Shown: positions 9,801 through 19,943, counted from the first letter of the stretch. The stretch: 64,000 nt of DNA from Thermoanaerobaculia bacterium (GCA_963719225.1 CAVRAY010000001.1:1312001-1376000); one strand, 5' to 3'. Program-made: numbers and translations. The notes: generated by a model not told the origin, from the letters alone.

Positions 9801-10699
9801 TCAGGGCTTCAGGAGGACCTTCAGGACTCCCGGTCGCGACGCCTCGTTCAGGGCGCGGACCGCGGAGGCGAGCGGAAAGACGGAGGACACGAGGGGTTTG
9901 ACGTCGACGCGGCGGGATGCGAGGAGTTCGAGCGCGGGCTCGAAGCGCCCGCAACGCGACCCGACGACGGTGACCTCGTTCACGACGAGAGGGGCGGCGT
10001 CGAACCGCGCCGGTCCGTGATGGGTCGACTTCCAGACGATCGTCCCGCGCGGGCGGACGAGGGAGAGCGCCCGTCCGATCCCGTCGGGTGAGCCCGTGGC
10101 CTCCACGACGAAGTCGAAAGAGCCCGCCCTCGCCCGTGATCTCCGCCCGAGGAGCGCGACGTCGGCCCCGGCGTTCCGGAGGACCGCGGCGGCGAGCCGG
10201 CCGAGCTTGCCGGGACCGAGGACCGCGGCGTGCGTGCCCGGAGGAACCGCGACCTGGTCGAGGATCTCGCAGGCCGCCGCGAGGGGTTCAACGAATACGG
10301 CTTCCTCGTCCGGAACGTTCTCCGGAATCGCGTGCAGATTCGCGTCGGGCAGGGTCAGCCATTCGGCGTGCGCGCCCGCGTGGCCGCGAATGCCGAGGAC
10401 GGTGCGCTTCGGGCAGTGCCGCCCGAGCCCTCGGGCGCACTAGTCGCATCGGCGGCACGCGAGGTTGATCTCGCCGGCGACGCGGCGGCCGAGAAGAGAG
10501 GATGACCGTGGCCCTCGACGACTCCGACGAACTCGTGACCCGGGATTCCCGAAAAGGCGTGGTACCCGCGCCTCAGCTCGAGGTCCGTGTTGCAGATGCC
10601 CGAGAGAAGAACCCGGATCAGGGCGAAGCCCCTGCGAGGCGCGGGCCGCCGCGCCTCGTGGACCGCGGCGCGGCCCGAATGGAAGAAGAGGGCGCGCAC
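9801..10699 (-). pseudogene. Zn-dependent alcohol dehydrogenase (MDR family), disrupted
   Basis: GICNTD, GHEFVG, CRRCD*C...C, EPLAA, VVEATG, VVGSRCG. Frameshift near 10510-10514 and an in-frame TAG at 10440-10442. Confidence 0.8.
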
Positions 10700-10785
10700 G
10701 GACCGATGCTACGCGAGACGCCGGCGCCCCCGCCGGCGCGAGCCACAACGAAGTCCGATTGCGCTTAGGTGCTGGGAGGTGACAC

Positions 10786-11685
10786 ATGTCCGGAAGGCGA
10801 ATGTTCGTCGGCGCCGCTGCCGGTCTGGCCGCCCTCCTGGGGGCGCGCGTCGCGGCCGGAGCGCTCACCGTGACGGTCCTGGACGGGAACGCCGCCGTCC
10901 CGGGCGCCCAGGTCTGTGTCGGTTCGCTCTCGAACCGCAGGGCGATCGGGACGGCGCTCACGAATGCCGCGGGGGTCGCGGCCTTCGCCCAGGTGCCGTC
11001 GAGCGCGATCTTCGTGACCGCGAGCCATCTCGGGCGGGGAGCCGAGGCGTCGGTCGTCCCGAGCGGCTCCAATGCGGCCGTGACGCTTCGACTTTCTTCG
11101 GGCGGCCCGACCTGCGCCGGCACTCTCACGATCCAGCCTCTCCCGACGGGGGCGGCGGTTCCAGGCGGCGGGACGGTCGTCGTGCCGTCGCCGTTCGTTC
11201 TGCAGTCGACTCCGGCCCCGAAGACTCTCCCGTCGCTCTCGCCCGTCCTGTTCCGCAAGACGGAGTTCTGCTTCGGCGCGCTCGGCGCCGGATGCGGCGG
11301 TGCCCAGTTCGACATTCCCATCGCGGCCCTGTGCTCGTTCGGAAGCTGCTCGATCAACGGCGGGAGCTGGCGGCACGACGAGTGCTGCTCGGCCCACCCT
11401 CACGGAATGGCCTGCCGATACGGGCCCGCCGACTCGATCACCGGACACGACGGCAACTGTGTGACGCAATGGAACGCGGCCCTGGCCAAGCTCTCCTATG
11501 CCTGGAGGCGCGACGTGGACTTCGCCAGGCCGAACGCGACGGGCATCGTCGTCTTCACCGAATACTGTGCGCGTCCGGGGAGCCGCGTGCACCAGGACGA
11601 CGTCCCGTTCTGCTGCTCGGCACGCGCTCACGCCGAAAACGTCGCGAGCAAGTTCGCGGACCCCGTCGTGCGGGTCTGCGACTAG
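10786..11685 (+). CDS. Secreted cysteine-rich hypothetical protein
   Basis: GGAGG RBS, signal peptide, N-terminal beta-sandwich-like region, C-terminal domain with about 12 Cys including WRHDECC. Confidence 0.7.
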   Translation: MSGRRMFVGAAAGLAALLGARVAAGALTVTVLDGNAAVPGAQVCVGSLSNRRAIGTALTNAAGVAAFAQVPSSAIFVTASHLGRGAEASVVPSGSNAAVTLRLSSGGPTCAGTLTIQPLPTGAAVPGGGTVVVPSPFVLQSTPAPKTLPSLSPVLFRKTEFCFGALGAGCGGAQFDIPIAALCSFGSCSINGGSWRHDECCSAHPHGMACRYGPADSITGHDGNCVTQWNAALAKLSYAWRRDVDFARPNATGIVVFTEYCARPGSRVHQDDVPFCCSARAHAENVASKFADPVVRVCD

Positions 11686-12704
11686 CGTTTCTTCGTGGCG
11701 GCGTCGAACGGCCGGCGAAAGATCCCGAATAGCTCCCGCCGCGAGACCGGCCGCGGGGGCTCCGCCTGTTCGCGCAGAGCCGTTCCGGCGAAAGGCACGG
11801 CGCGTCCGGCCTCTTCGGGATACCGCCGGGCGCGGACGATCTCCCAGGCGATCTCCCCGACGCCGAACTGAGGGGAGTAGCCCAGGAGCTGCCAGGCTTT
11901 CTCGAGGTCGGCGATGCGCGGGGGGCGCGGCGATTCCCCCGAGACCGAGATGCGGGCTTCGCGGGACGCGCGCAGCGCGAGCGCACGCACGAGCTCGGAC
12001 GGTCGCACGGCACTCCCCGTTCCGAGATTCACGGTTTCGCCGAGCGGCCTCCGTGCGATCGAGAAGAGCACGCCTATGACGACGTCTTCGGTATGGACGA
12101 AGTCGCGGGGCGCGTCGTCCTGGAGGAAGATCTCCTCGTCTGAAAGGAGCGCCTCCAGCGCGTCGAGAGGAAAACGAGCAGGCGCGACGCCCGGGCCGAC
12201 GGCGGAGAAGACGCGAAGGTTGACGAAGGGCACTCCCGACGCGAAGAGCGCTTCCTCTTCGGCGGCTTTCGCGACGAGATCGACGTCGTCGCCGGGCTCG
12301 GGCGCCTCGTCCTCCTTGGCCCGCCGTCCCGCCTCGTCGCGAGGTCCGTAAAGCCTCCCGTCCGAAAGGTGGACGAAGGCTCCGAGCCCCGCGCCGCGGA
12401 CGCTTTCGAGGAGCGGCCCCAGCCCGGGGCCGTCCGGCGGAAGGAGCATCGCGTTCACGAGGGAAGAGGGACGATGCTCGCCGAGCACGCCGGTGAGGAA
12501 CACGGGATCGGCCGCGTCCCCCCGCACGACCGCGGCACGCGGATGCCGGGCGAACGACCGGACGCGCTCTTCCTTCACGGCTCGCCCGTCTCCGGCGTCG
12601 TCGAACGTGTCCACGAGGACGACGCCCTCGCCGGTGCCGAGCAGCCTCCGGACGACGGCGGACCCGAGGAAGCCGGCTCCTCCGGCGACGAGGGCGAGGC
12701 TCAC
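11682..12704 (-). CDS. NAD-dependent epimerase/dehydratase-like protein (degenerate)
   Basis: GGAGFLG, LRVFSAVGPG, RDFVHTEDV, NLGTG; the YxxxK tyrosine is absent. Confidence 0.75.
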   Translation of the reverse strand: MSLALVAGGAGFLGSAVVRRLLGTGEGVVLVDTFDDAGDGRAVKEERVRSFARHPRAAVVRGDAADPVFLTGVLGEHRPSSLVNAMLLPPDGPGLGPLLESVRGAGLGAFVHLSDGRLYGPRDEAGRRAKEDEAPEPGDDVDLVAKAAEEEALFASGVPFVNLRVFSAVGPGVAPARFPLDALEALLSDEEIFLQDDAPRDFVHTEDVVIGVLFSIARRPLGETVNLGTGSAVRPSELVRALALRASREARISVSGESPRPPRIADLEKAWQLLGYSPQFGVGEIAWEIVRARRYPEEAGRAVPFAGTALREQAEPPRPVSRRELFGIFRRPFDAATKKR

Positions 12705-13876
12705 GGAGTGGGTTGAGGCGTGGGCGCGAGCTGCTTCCGGGCCTCGTCGTAGCGCTTCTGGATGCCCGACCTCTGCCGGTCGCGGATGAGCCAGCGCAGG
12801 AGCTTGCTCTGGTTGATCCCCACGAGGATGTCGTCGATCGCTTCGGCGACGGCCGGATCCGCGATGAGCTTTCCGGCCGTCCCCTGCCTGGAGTCGAGCT
12901 TCGAGGCGACGTTCGCGAGATGGGACGAGAGCTTCTTGAGGTCGCCGAGGAATTCCTTCGAGAACTCGCTGTCGGAAACGAGCTGCCCGAGGAGGCCGTT
13001 CCCCGCCTTCAGGTCCTTGGAGAAGGCCGCGAGACCCTCCGCCGTGACCTCCAGCGAGTCGACCATCGCGAAGAACTTCCTCTTCCCTTCCGGGTCGGAA
13101 AGAAGAGCGGGCAAGAGGCCCTCGCCGGTTTCCGTGCCCTTCTCGACGGTCGCGAGAATCCTGTGGAGGGAAGCGGACGCGGAGCTCAGCTCTCCCAGCA
13201 CGGTATCGGCCGCTTTCTCGTCGGTTAGGAGCCGCCCCACGAGGCCCTTGCCCTGCCGCACGTCCTTCATGAGGGCGTTCAGGCTGTCGAGGGTCTGCCG
13301 GAGGGAGCGCGACAAAGCCTGCCCGTTCTCCGACTCCGAGGTGATCTCCCCGAGAAAGCCTTCGCCCTTCTCGGTTCGGCCGAGAATGTTCTTGAGCGAC
13401 TTCGAGATCGCGACGACGTTGTCGACGAGGTCCCCCGAGCCGGCGAGGATCTTCTCGAGCTCGGCGCCGCGGAACGCCATGATCTCGTGGTCGGGCTGGA
13501 GGTCCGGCTTGTCGGCGGAGCCCACCGTCACCTCGAGGTACTTGTCTCCCAGGAGCCCGATCGTCTTGATCTCGGCGCGGCTGTCGGTCTTGACGAGATG
13601 CTGGTACTTCCGCTCGATGTCGAAGTGAATCGTGACGTCCTGGCCCGGTACGCGAGGCACCTCGATGGCTCGCACGGCACCGACGATCACGCCCGCGAGG
13701 CGCACCTGGTTTCCGCCCACGATGCCCTGCGTGTTCGGGAAACGGGCGAAATAGGACGTGCGGCTCACGAAGAATCCCTTCGTGCCGCCGATGAACAGGA
13801 TGGCGCCCGCGAGCAGCACGAAAGAGGCGAAGAGGATGACCCCGACGCGCGTCTTGGTCCTGATGTCGGCTCTCAA
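12701..13876 (-). CDS. mlaD: MlaD/MCE substrate-binding protein with long helical extension
   Basis: N-terminal TM, VRLAGVIVGAV, IGLLGDKYLEV, repeated G(K/N)GLxGxL segments. Confidence 0.88.
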   Translation of the reverse strand: MRADIRTKTRVGVILFASFVLLAGAILFIGGTKGFFVSRTSYFARFPNTQGIVGGNQVRLAGVIVGAVRAIEVPRVPGQDVTIHFDIERKYQHLVKTDSRAEIKTIGLLGDKYLEVTVGSADKPDLQPDHEIMAFRGAELEKILAGSGDLVDNVVAISKSLKNILGRTEKGEGFLGEITSESENGQALSRSLRQTLDSLNALMKDVRQGKGLVGRLLTDEKAADTVLGELSSASASLHRILATVEKGTETGEGLLPALLSDPEGKRKFFAMVDSLEVTAEGLAAFSKDLKAGNGLLGQLVSDSEFSKEFLGDLKKLSSHLANVASKLDSRQGTAGKLIADPAVAEAIDDILVGINQSKLLRWLIRDRQRSGIQKRYDEARKQLAPTPQPTP

Positions 13877-14700
13877 GGCGGCCCTCCCTTCGGCGTGCTC
13901 ACGTCCTGTGATTCTCCCGCGACGAGGAAGGCGTGCAGGTCGGGGATCTCGGAAGCACGCGCCTCCTCCGGAGTCCCGATGAAATCGAAGCGGCCGTTCT
14001 TCAGGAAGGCGATGCGATCGGCCACGAAGAGCGCCGAGACGATGTCGTGAGTCACGACGACGGACGTCGTCGCGAGGCGCTCGTTCAAGTCGACGATGAG
14101 GCGGTTGATCGTCATCGACGTGACCGGGTCAAGCCCCGTCGTGGGCTCGTCGTAGAGAAGGATTTCGGGCTTGAGCGCCACGGTGCGGGCCAGGGAGACG
14201 CGCTTTTTCATCCCGCCCGAGAGCGAGGAGGGGAGGAGGCGCTCGACGTCGCGCCCCAGGTTCACGAATCCCAGCACTTCGCCCACCCGCGCGGTGATCT
14301 GCTCCTCGGACCAGCGCGTGTGCTCGCGCAGCGCGAAGGCGATGTTCTCGAAGACCGTCATCGAGTCGAACAGCGCCCCGCCCTGGAAGAGCATCCCGAT
14401 CTTCTTGCGCACCGGCACGAGCTGCTCTTCGGGAAGCCGCGAGATCTCCACGCCCTCCACCCAGACCTCTCCCGAGTCGGGTTGCTCGAGGCCGTTCATG
14501 TGCCGGAGCGAGACGGACTTCCCGGTCCCGGAGCCTCCCAGGATCACGAGAACCTCTCCGCGCTGGACGGTGAGGTCGACCTCGTCGAGGACGCGGCGCG
14601 AGCTGTATTTCTTGAGAACGCGCTTGAACTCGATGATGGGGCCTCCCGCAGGGCGGTCGGCCTTCACGAACCTCATGACCGCCGTCTCGCTGATCGTCAT
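13873..14700 (-). CDS. mlaF: Mla ABC transporter ATPase
   Basis: GGSGTGKS, FQGGALFDS, LSGGMKKRV, YDEPTTGLDP, VVVTHD. Confidence 0.92.
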   Translation of the reverse strand: MTISETAVMRFVKADRPAGGPIIEFKRVLKKYSSRRVLDEVDLTVQRGEVLVILGGSGTGKSVSLRHMNGLEQPDSGEVWVEGVEISRLPEEQLVPVRKKIGMLFQGGALFDSMTVFENIAFALREHTRWSEEQITARVGEVLGFVNLGRDVERLLPSSLSGGMKKRVSLARTVALKPEILLYDEPTTGLDPVTSMTINRLIVDLNERLATTSVVVTHDIVSALFVADRIAFLKNGRFDFIGTPEEARASEIPDLHAFLVAGESQDVSTPKGGPP

Positions 14701-15542
14701 TGGAACCCCAGATGGAGAACGATGAAGAGCTTCGTGAGGAAGAAGTCGGACATGAGCACGGCGATCGAGGCCACGACCACCGCGATCGTCGTGGCGCGGC
14801 CGACGCCGTCCGCCCCGCCCGAGGCGTTCAGGCCGTTGTAACAGCCGATCATCGCGATCTCGAACCCGAAAAAGGGAGTCTTCAAGAGCCCGTGCAGGAC
14901 GTCGTTGAGATGCACGGACTGCTGGACGGTCGACAGGTAGAACGATGCGCCGACGTTCACCTCCACGACCGCGATGAAGAGGCCGCCCACCATTCCGAGA
15001 AAGTCCGCGAGCAGCGTCAGGACCGGCAACATGATCGTCACGGCCACCACGCGCGGCAGGACGAGCTTCCGGATCGGCGAGGCTCCGAGGGCCCGCATGG
15101 CATCCACCTGCTCGGTGACCGACATCGTGCCGAGCTCCGCCGTGATCCCCGCTCCGACGCGGGCGGCCACCATGAGGGCGGTGAGCGTCGGCCCGAGCTC
15201 GCGGCAGATCGAAAGGACCACGACCCGGCCCACGAACGTCTTGCCGCCGAACTGCGCCAGGGCATAGGCCGTCTGGAGTGCGAGGACCATGCCGGTGAAG
15301 AGGGCGGTGAGGTTCGTGATGGAGATCGACTGGACGCCGAGCGAGTCCATCTGCCGGATGATCTCGGAGGTCTCCCACCGGCCCCGCGCCTGGCGGGCGA
15401 GCTGGACCGTCATCTCCGCGACGCCGCCGAGGTGAAACGAGACGTTCTGAATCCAGCGCCGCACGCGCGCGAGCTTCCAGAGCGGCTCCTTCAGGACGGC
15501 GACGTACTGCGTCGTGGAGTCGAACTGCGCCACGAGTCCCAT
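14697..15542 (-). CDS. mlaE: Mla ABC transporter permease (alternative GTG start 15533)
   Basis: RELGPTLTALMVAARVGAGITAELGTM, EQVDAM, GGADGVGRATT. Confidence 0.92.
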   Translation of the reverse strand: MGLVAQFDSTTQYVAVLKEPLWKLARVRRWIQNVSFHLGGVAEMTVQLARQARGRWETSEIIRQMDSLGVQSISITNLTALFTGMVLALQTAYALAQFGGKTFVGRVVVLSICRELGPTLTALMVAARVGAGITAELGTMSVTEQVDAMRALGASPIRKLVLPRVVAVTIMLPVLTLLADFLGMVGGLFIAVVEVNVGASFYLSTVQQSVHLNDVLHGLLKTPFFGFEIAMIGCYNGLNASGGADGVGRATTIAVVVASIAVLMSDFFLTKLFIVLHLGFQ

Positions 15543-15579
15543 TCTACGGGCCTCCCCCCGCTCGCTAGACTCCGTCCGC

Positions 15580-16296
15580 ATGAAGCTCCTCAGAGACCTC
15601 GTCGTGTCCCTGTGGAGCTGGTCGGTGATCGCGTTTTCGGCGGCGGTCTTCGGCTCCCTGGCGATCCTGACGGCCTGGATCCCGCCCCGAGGCCGCACGT
15701 ACCTCTTCTGGGCGCGCGCGTGGGCCCGGTCCATCCTGTTCTTCACGGGCGTTCCCGCCACGATCGAGATCTCGGACGACGCGGCGGCCCTCCCGCAGGC
15801 GATCTACATGTCGAATCACGAATCCGGGATCGACATTCTTCTCCTGCTGCTGGTGATTCCTCAGGACGTGCGCTTTCTCGCGAAGAGGTCGCTCTTCTGG
15901 GTGCCCTTCATGGGCTGGTCGATGTGGCTCGCGGGCTTCGTGCCGGTCGACCGGAGGCGGACCGACAGGGCCAAAGAGGTCCTCTCGGAGCTCGACGAGC
16001 GCCTCGCGAAGGGCACGTCGATCCTCGTCTTCCCCGAGGGCACGCGGTCCCGCGACGGAACCCTGGGCCCGTTCAAGAAGTCCGGCTTCCTGACGGCGCT
16101 CAAGTCCGGGGTGCCGATCGTGCCCGTGGGCGTCTCCGGCGCCCGGGCCGTTCTCGGAGCGCAGGGGATGGTCGTCCGCCGGGGTCCCGTTCGGGTGCGC
16201 GCCGGGCATCCGATCCCGACGGCGGGTCTGTCCGTGCACGTGCGGCAGGAGCTCATGGACGAGGTGCGGCGGGAGATCCTCGCGCTTCGCGGGTGA
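15580..16296 (+). CDS. plsC: 1-acyl-sn-glycerol-3-phosphate acyltransferase
   Basis: NHESGID, FLAK, VFPEGTRS, PFKKSGF. Confidence 0.88.
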   Translation: MKLLRDLVVSLWSWSVIAFSAAVFGSLAILTAWIPPRGRTYLFWARAWARSILFFTGVPATIEISDDAAALPQAIYMSNHESGIDILLLLLVIPQDVRFLAKRSLFWVPFMGWSMWLAGFVPVDRRRTDRAKEVLSELDERLAKGTSILVFPEGTRSRDGTLGPFKKSGFLTALKSGVPIVPVGVSGARAVLGAQGMVVRRGPVRVRAGHPIPTAGLSVHVRQELMDEVRREILALRG

Positions 16297-16379
16297 CCGT
16301 CCGCCGCTTGTACCATTGAGTCACTTGCATCAGGGCAGGGCGCGCCCGAGGGTCCGACGTTCAATGGGGAGATCTTTCG

Positions 16380-17858
16380 ATGAAAGCGCACGCCCATGCC
16401 GCCAAAGAGCCTTTCTCGTTCCTCCACATCGATTTCCACGCGCACCCCGCGATCTGGAAGGGCCTTCTCGCCGTCCTGTTCGGCGTGATCGTCGCCCTGC
16501 TGCCGGTCCCGGCGGGCCTCAAGCCGGCAGCGTGGTACTTCTTCGCGCTGTTCTGCGCGGTCGTCGTCGGACTCGTTCTCGAGCCGATTCCCGCCGCCGC
16601 CGTGGGGCTGACCGGCGTCGCCTTCGCGACGGTGACCGGGCTCGTGGAAGCGAAGCCGGCTGATTCCATCCGGTGGGCCCTGTCGGGCTTCTCGAACACG
16701 ACGGTGTGGCTCATCTTCGCCGCGTTCATGTTCGCTCTCGGGTACGAGAAGTCCGGCCTCGGCCGGCGCCTCGCCCTATCGCTCGTGAAGAAAATGGGAA
16801 AGTCGACGCTGGGGCTGGGCTACGCGACCGCCTTCTCCGACGTCATCCTGGCGCCTTTCACCCCCTCGAACACGGCGCGATCCGGCGGGACGATCTTCCC
16901 GGTCATCCGGAACATTCCGGGTCTCTACGGCTCGGAGCCAGGTGAGACCTCGCGGCGCCTCGGCGGACCGCTCATGTGGACCGCTCTCGCGACGACCTGC
17001 GTCACGAGCTCGATGTTCATGACGGGCCTCGCGCCGAACCTTCTCGCGCTCGAGATCGTCAAGAAAACCGCGAAGGTGGACGTCTCGTGGTCCGCGTGGC
17101 TGATCGGCTTCCTCCCGGTCGGCATTCTCCTCGTCGCCGTTCTGCCGTACCTCGTCTCCAAGATCTATCCCCCGGAGGTGAAGCGGAGCCTCGACGTGCC
17201 GGACTGGGCCGGCCGAGAGCTCGGCACGATGGGGCGGGTCTCGAGGAACGAGGTCGTGATGGCCCTCCTCGCCTTGGGCGCACTGGGCTTCTGGATCTTC
17301 GGCGGCAAGCTCGTCGACGCGACGGCCGTCGCTTTCGCGGCGATCGCCGTCATGGTGATCGCGGGAATCGTCAAGTGGGACGACGTCGTGGCGAACAAGA
17401 GCGCGTGGAACGTCCTCGTGTGGTTCGCGACCCTCGTCGCGCTCGCGGACGGTCTGAACCGGGTCGGCTTCGTGACGTGGTTCGCGAAGCGCGCCGCCGC
17501 GCCGCTCGCGGGCTACGCGCCGCTCACGGTCACGATCCTCCTGACGATCCTGTTCTTCGTGACGCACTACATGTTCGCGAGCATCACGGCCCACGTGACG
17601 GCGATGCTCCCCGTCATGCTCGCCGCCGGCGCGGCGGTGCCGGGGATCGACGTGCGGCTCTTCGCGCTACTCCTGTGCTACACGCTCGGGATCATGGGCA
17701 TCCTGACGCCCTACGCGACCGGGCCCTCCCCCGTGTACTTCGGAAGCGGCTACGTCCCGCGCAAGGACTTCTGGCGCCTCGGCGCGATCTTCGGATTCAT
17801 CTACCTCGTCGCGCTCCTCGCGATCGGCGTCCCCTGGATGCTGTACGTCAAGCCCTGA
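16380..17858 (+). CDS. DASS-family anion (citrate/tartrate/2-oxoglutarate) transporter
   Basis: PSNTARSGG, SSMFMTGLAPN, HYMFASITAH, TPYATGPSP; many TM segments. Confidence 0.9.
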   Translation: MKAHAHAAKEPFSFLHIDFHAHPAIWKGLLAVLFGVIVALLPVPAGLKPAAWYFFALFCAVVVGLVLEPIPAAAVGLTGVAFATVTGLVEAKPADSIRWALSGFSNTTVWLIFAAFMFALGYEKSGLGRRLALSLVKKMGKSTLGLGYATAFSDVILAPFTPSNTARSGGTIFPVIRNIPGLYGSEPGETSRRLGGPLMWTALATTCVTSSMFMTGLAPNLLALEIVKKTAKVDVSWSAWLIGFLPVGILLVAVLPYLVSKIYPPEVKRSLDVPDWAGRELGTMGRVSRNEVVMALLALGALGFWIFGGKLVDATAVAFAAIAVMVIAGIVKWDDVVANKSAWNVLVWFATLVALADGLNRVGFVTWFAKRAAAPLAGYAPLTVTILLTILFFVTHYMFASITAHVTAMLPVMLAAGAAVPGIDVRLFALLLCYTLGIMGILTPYATGPSPVYFGSGYVPRKDFWRLGAIFGFIYLVALLAIGVPWMLYVKP

Positions 17859-17860
17859 TA

Positions 17861-17896
17861 GAGGAAGAGAAGAATTTCTTAGAAGGGTAAGTAAGG
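17861..17896 (+). repeat. Copy of the recurrent purine-tract + TTTCTTAGAAGGGTAAG motif (intergenic)
   Basis: GAGGAAGAGAAGAA-TTTCTTAGAA(17875-17884)-GGGTAAG. Confidence 0.7.
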
Positions 17897-18016
17897 CGGG
17901 GGCGGCAGGAGACGCCCCGGCGATTCCAGCGGCTGCGCCCGCAAGAAAAGCACCCTTTCCCGAACCGGAGCAAAGCAGGTTTGTGAGATCCTGTCTCTTC
18001 GAGAGGGAAGCAGACA

Positions 18017-19075
18017 TTGTCCACGACCATGCTCAACGAACAGACCGTTCTCGACGCGCTCAGGCAGGTCAAGTACCCCGGCTTCTCGCGCGACATCGTG
18101 TCCTTCGGTTTCGTCAAGGACCTCGCGGTCGGGGGCGGAAACGTCTCGTTCCGGCTGGCGCTGACGACGGACGCGCCCGCGGCCGCCGAGGCCATCAAAC
18201 AAGAGTGCGAGGCGGTTCTGCGCGGGCTCGAAGGCGTCCGGGCCGTCACGATCGCGGTGCAGGCCGCCCCGCCCCAGTCTCCCGTGATGGCCGGCGCCGT
18301 CGCCCGCAAGGACATCCTCAAGGACACGCGGTTTGTCGTGGCCATCGCCTCGGGCAAGGGCGGCGTCGGCAAGTCCACGGTCTCCGCGAATCTCGCGCTC
18401 GCCCTCAAGAAGCTCGGCTACGAAGTCGGGCTCATGGACTCGGACATCTACGGCCCGTCGCAGCAGATGATGATGGGCATCACGACGAAGCCGTTCGTGA
18501 ACGAGGAGGAGAAGATCCTCCCGATCGAGCGCTTCGGCGTGCGCGTCATGTCCATCGGCTTCCTGATGGACGTCGACACGCCGGTCATCTGGCGCGGCCC
18601 GATGATCTTCAAGGCCGTCGAGCAGTTCCTCGGCGACGTGGCGTGGGGGAAGCAGGACTTCCTCCTCGTGGACCTGCCCCCCGGAACGGGCGACGCGCAG
18701 CTCACGCTGACGCAGAAGGTCGCTCTTTCGGGCGCGGTCATCGTGACGACTCCCCAGGACGTCGCGCTCATCGACGCGCGCAAGGGCCTCGCGATGTTCC
18801 AGAAGGTGAACGTGCCCGTCCTCGGCATCATCGAGAACATGAGCTACTACGAGTGCCCGAAGTGCGGGAACCGCGACGAGATCTTCAAGCACGGGGGCGG
18901 GAAACGGACGGCGGAGCACCTCGGCGTGCCGTTCCTCGGGGAGGTCCCCATCGATCCGCGTGTCGCGATTCAGGGCGACGCCGGCACGCCGATCATGGTG
19001 GCCGAGCCGGAATCGACGGTGTCGAAGGCGTTCCTGAGACTCGCCGAGCAGGTGGCCAAGGCGGTAGGCGCCTGA
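18017..19075 (+). CDS. mrp: Mrp/NBP35 Fe-S cluster carrier ATPase
   Basis: N-terminal DUF59-like domain, SGKGGVGKST, DIYGPS, WRGPM, DLPPGTGD, CPKC. Confidence 0.93.
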   Translation: MSTTMLNEQTVLDALRQVKYPGFSRDIVSFGFVKDLAVGGGNVSFRLALTTDAPAAAEAIKQECEAVLRGLEGVRAVTIAVQAAPPQSPVMAGAVARKDILKDTRFVVAIASGKGGVGKSTVSANLALALKKLGYEVGLMDSDIYGPSQQMMMGITTKPFVNEEEKILPIERFGVRVMSIGFLMDVDTPVIWRGPMIFKAVEQFLGDVAWGKQDFLLVDLPPGTGDAQLTLTQKVALSGAVIVTTPQDVALIDARKGLAMFQKVNVPVLGIIENMSYYECPKCGNRDEIFKHGGGKRTAEHLGVPFLGEVPIDPRVAIQGDAGTPIMVAEPESTVSKAFLRLAEQVAKAVGA

Positions 19076-19159
19076 CGGCGCGGGCGGTCGGAGCCTGACC
19101 TCTCGCGGTACGTTTTTCCGGCGTTGCTAAGATCCGGTCCCAATCAAAAGGAGGACGTC

Positions 19160-19918
19160 ATGGACGGCATGAACCTTTTCGAGTCGCTGTTCCGGTGGGG
19201 ACACGTCGTCGCGGGTGTTCTGTGGATCGGCCTTCTGTGGTTCTTCAATTTCGTGAACTCGAACTTCGCGCCCACGATGGACGGCGACACGAAGAAGAAG
19301 GTCATCCCCGAGCTGATGCCGCGCGCCCTGTGGGCGTTCCGCTGGGGCGCCGCCTGGACGTGGATCACCGGCCTCGTGCTCCTCGGCGTCGTCTACTACA
19401 GCACGGGCCTCGTGTTCAAGGACCCGGCGGTGAAGACGTGGGGGACTGGCGGCATCGCCGTCCTCGTCGCGATCCTCTTCTTCGTCGTGTACGACCCGCT
19501 CGCGAAGGCGATCGCGAAGACCGAGATCCACTTCTGGCTCGGCCTCGTCGTCGCGACGGCCGCCGTTCTGTTCTTCTCGCACGTCGGAGGCTTCGGCTTC
19601 CGCGGCACCGCGATCCACGTCGGCGGCATGTTCGGGACGATCATGGCGGCGAACGTCTGGATGCGGATCTGGCCGGCGCAGAAGAAGATCATCGCGGCTA
19701 CGAAGAACGGCGAGAAGCCGGATCCGGCCCTCGTCGCCATGGCGGGCCTGCGAAGCAAGCACAACACGTACATGTCCGTGCCGTTGATTTTCATGATGCT
19801 GAACGCGCACGCCACGTGGGCCGCAAGCTACGAGTGGGCCTTGCCGCTCGTCGTCCTTCTGGGCTGGGCTTTCACCTACTGGATGTACAAGAAGGCAGCG
19901 ACCGTCAAGGGATTCTGA
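19160..19918 (+). CDS. PuuD-like (urate hydroxylase N-terminal) membrane protein without a cytochrome c domain
   Basis: RWGHVVAGVLWIGLLWFFNF, FRWGAAWTWITG, GTIMAANVW, RSKHNTYMSVP; AGGAGG RBS. Confidence 0.8.
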   Translation: MDGMNLFESLFRWGHVVAGVLWIGLLWFFNFVNSNFAPTMDGDTKKKVIPELMPRALWAFRWGAAWTWITGLVLLGVVYYSTGLVFKDPAVKTWGTGGIAVLVAILFFVVYDPLAKAIAKTEIHFWLGLVVATAAVLFFSHVGGFGFRGTAIHVGGMFGTIMAANVWMRIWPAQKKIIAATKNGEKPDPALVAMAGLRSKHNTYMSVPLIFMMLNAHATWAASYEWALPLVVLLGWAFTYWMYKKAATVKGF

Positions 19919-19943
19919 GAGGACCGGGAAAGACCAAAGAGTT

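Noticed and set aside
10440-10442. Amber codon as pyrrolysine or stop-codon reassignment
   Set aside because: Many genes here end normally in TAG, no pyl genes are present, and the same gene also has a frameshift.
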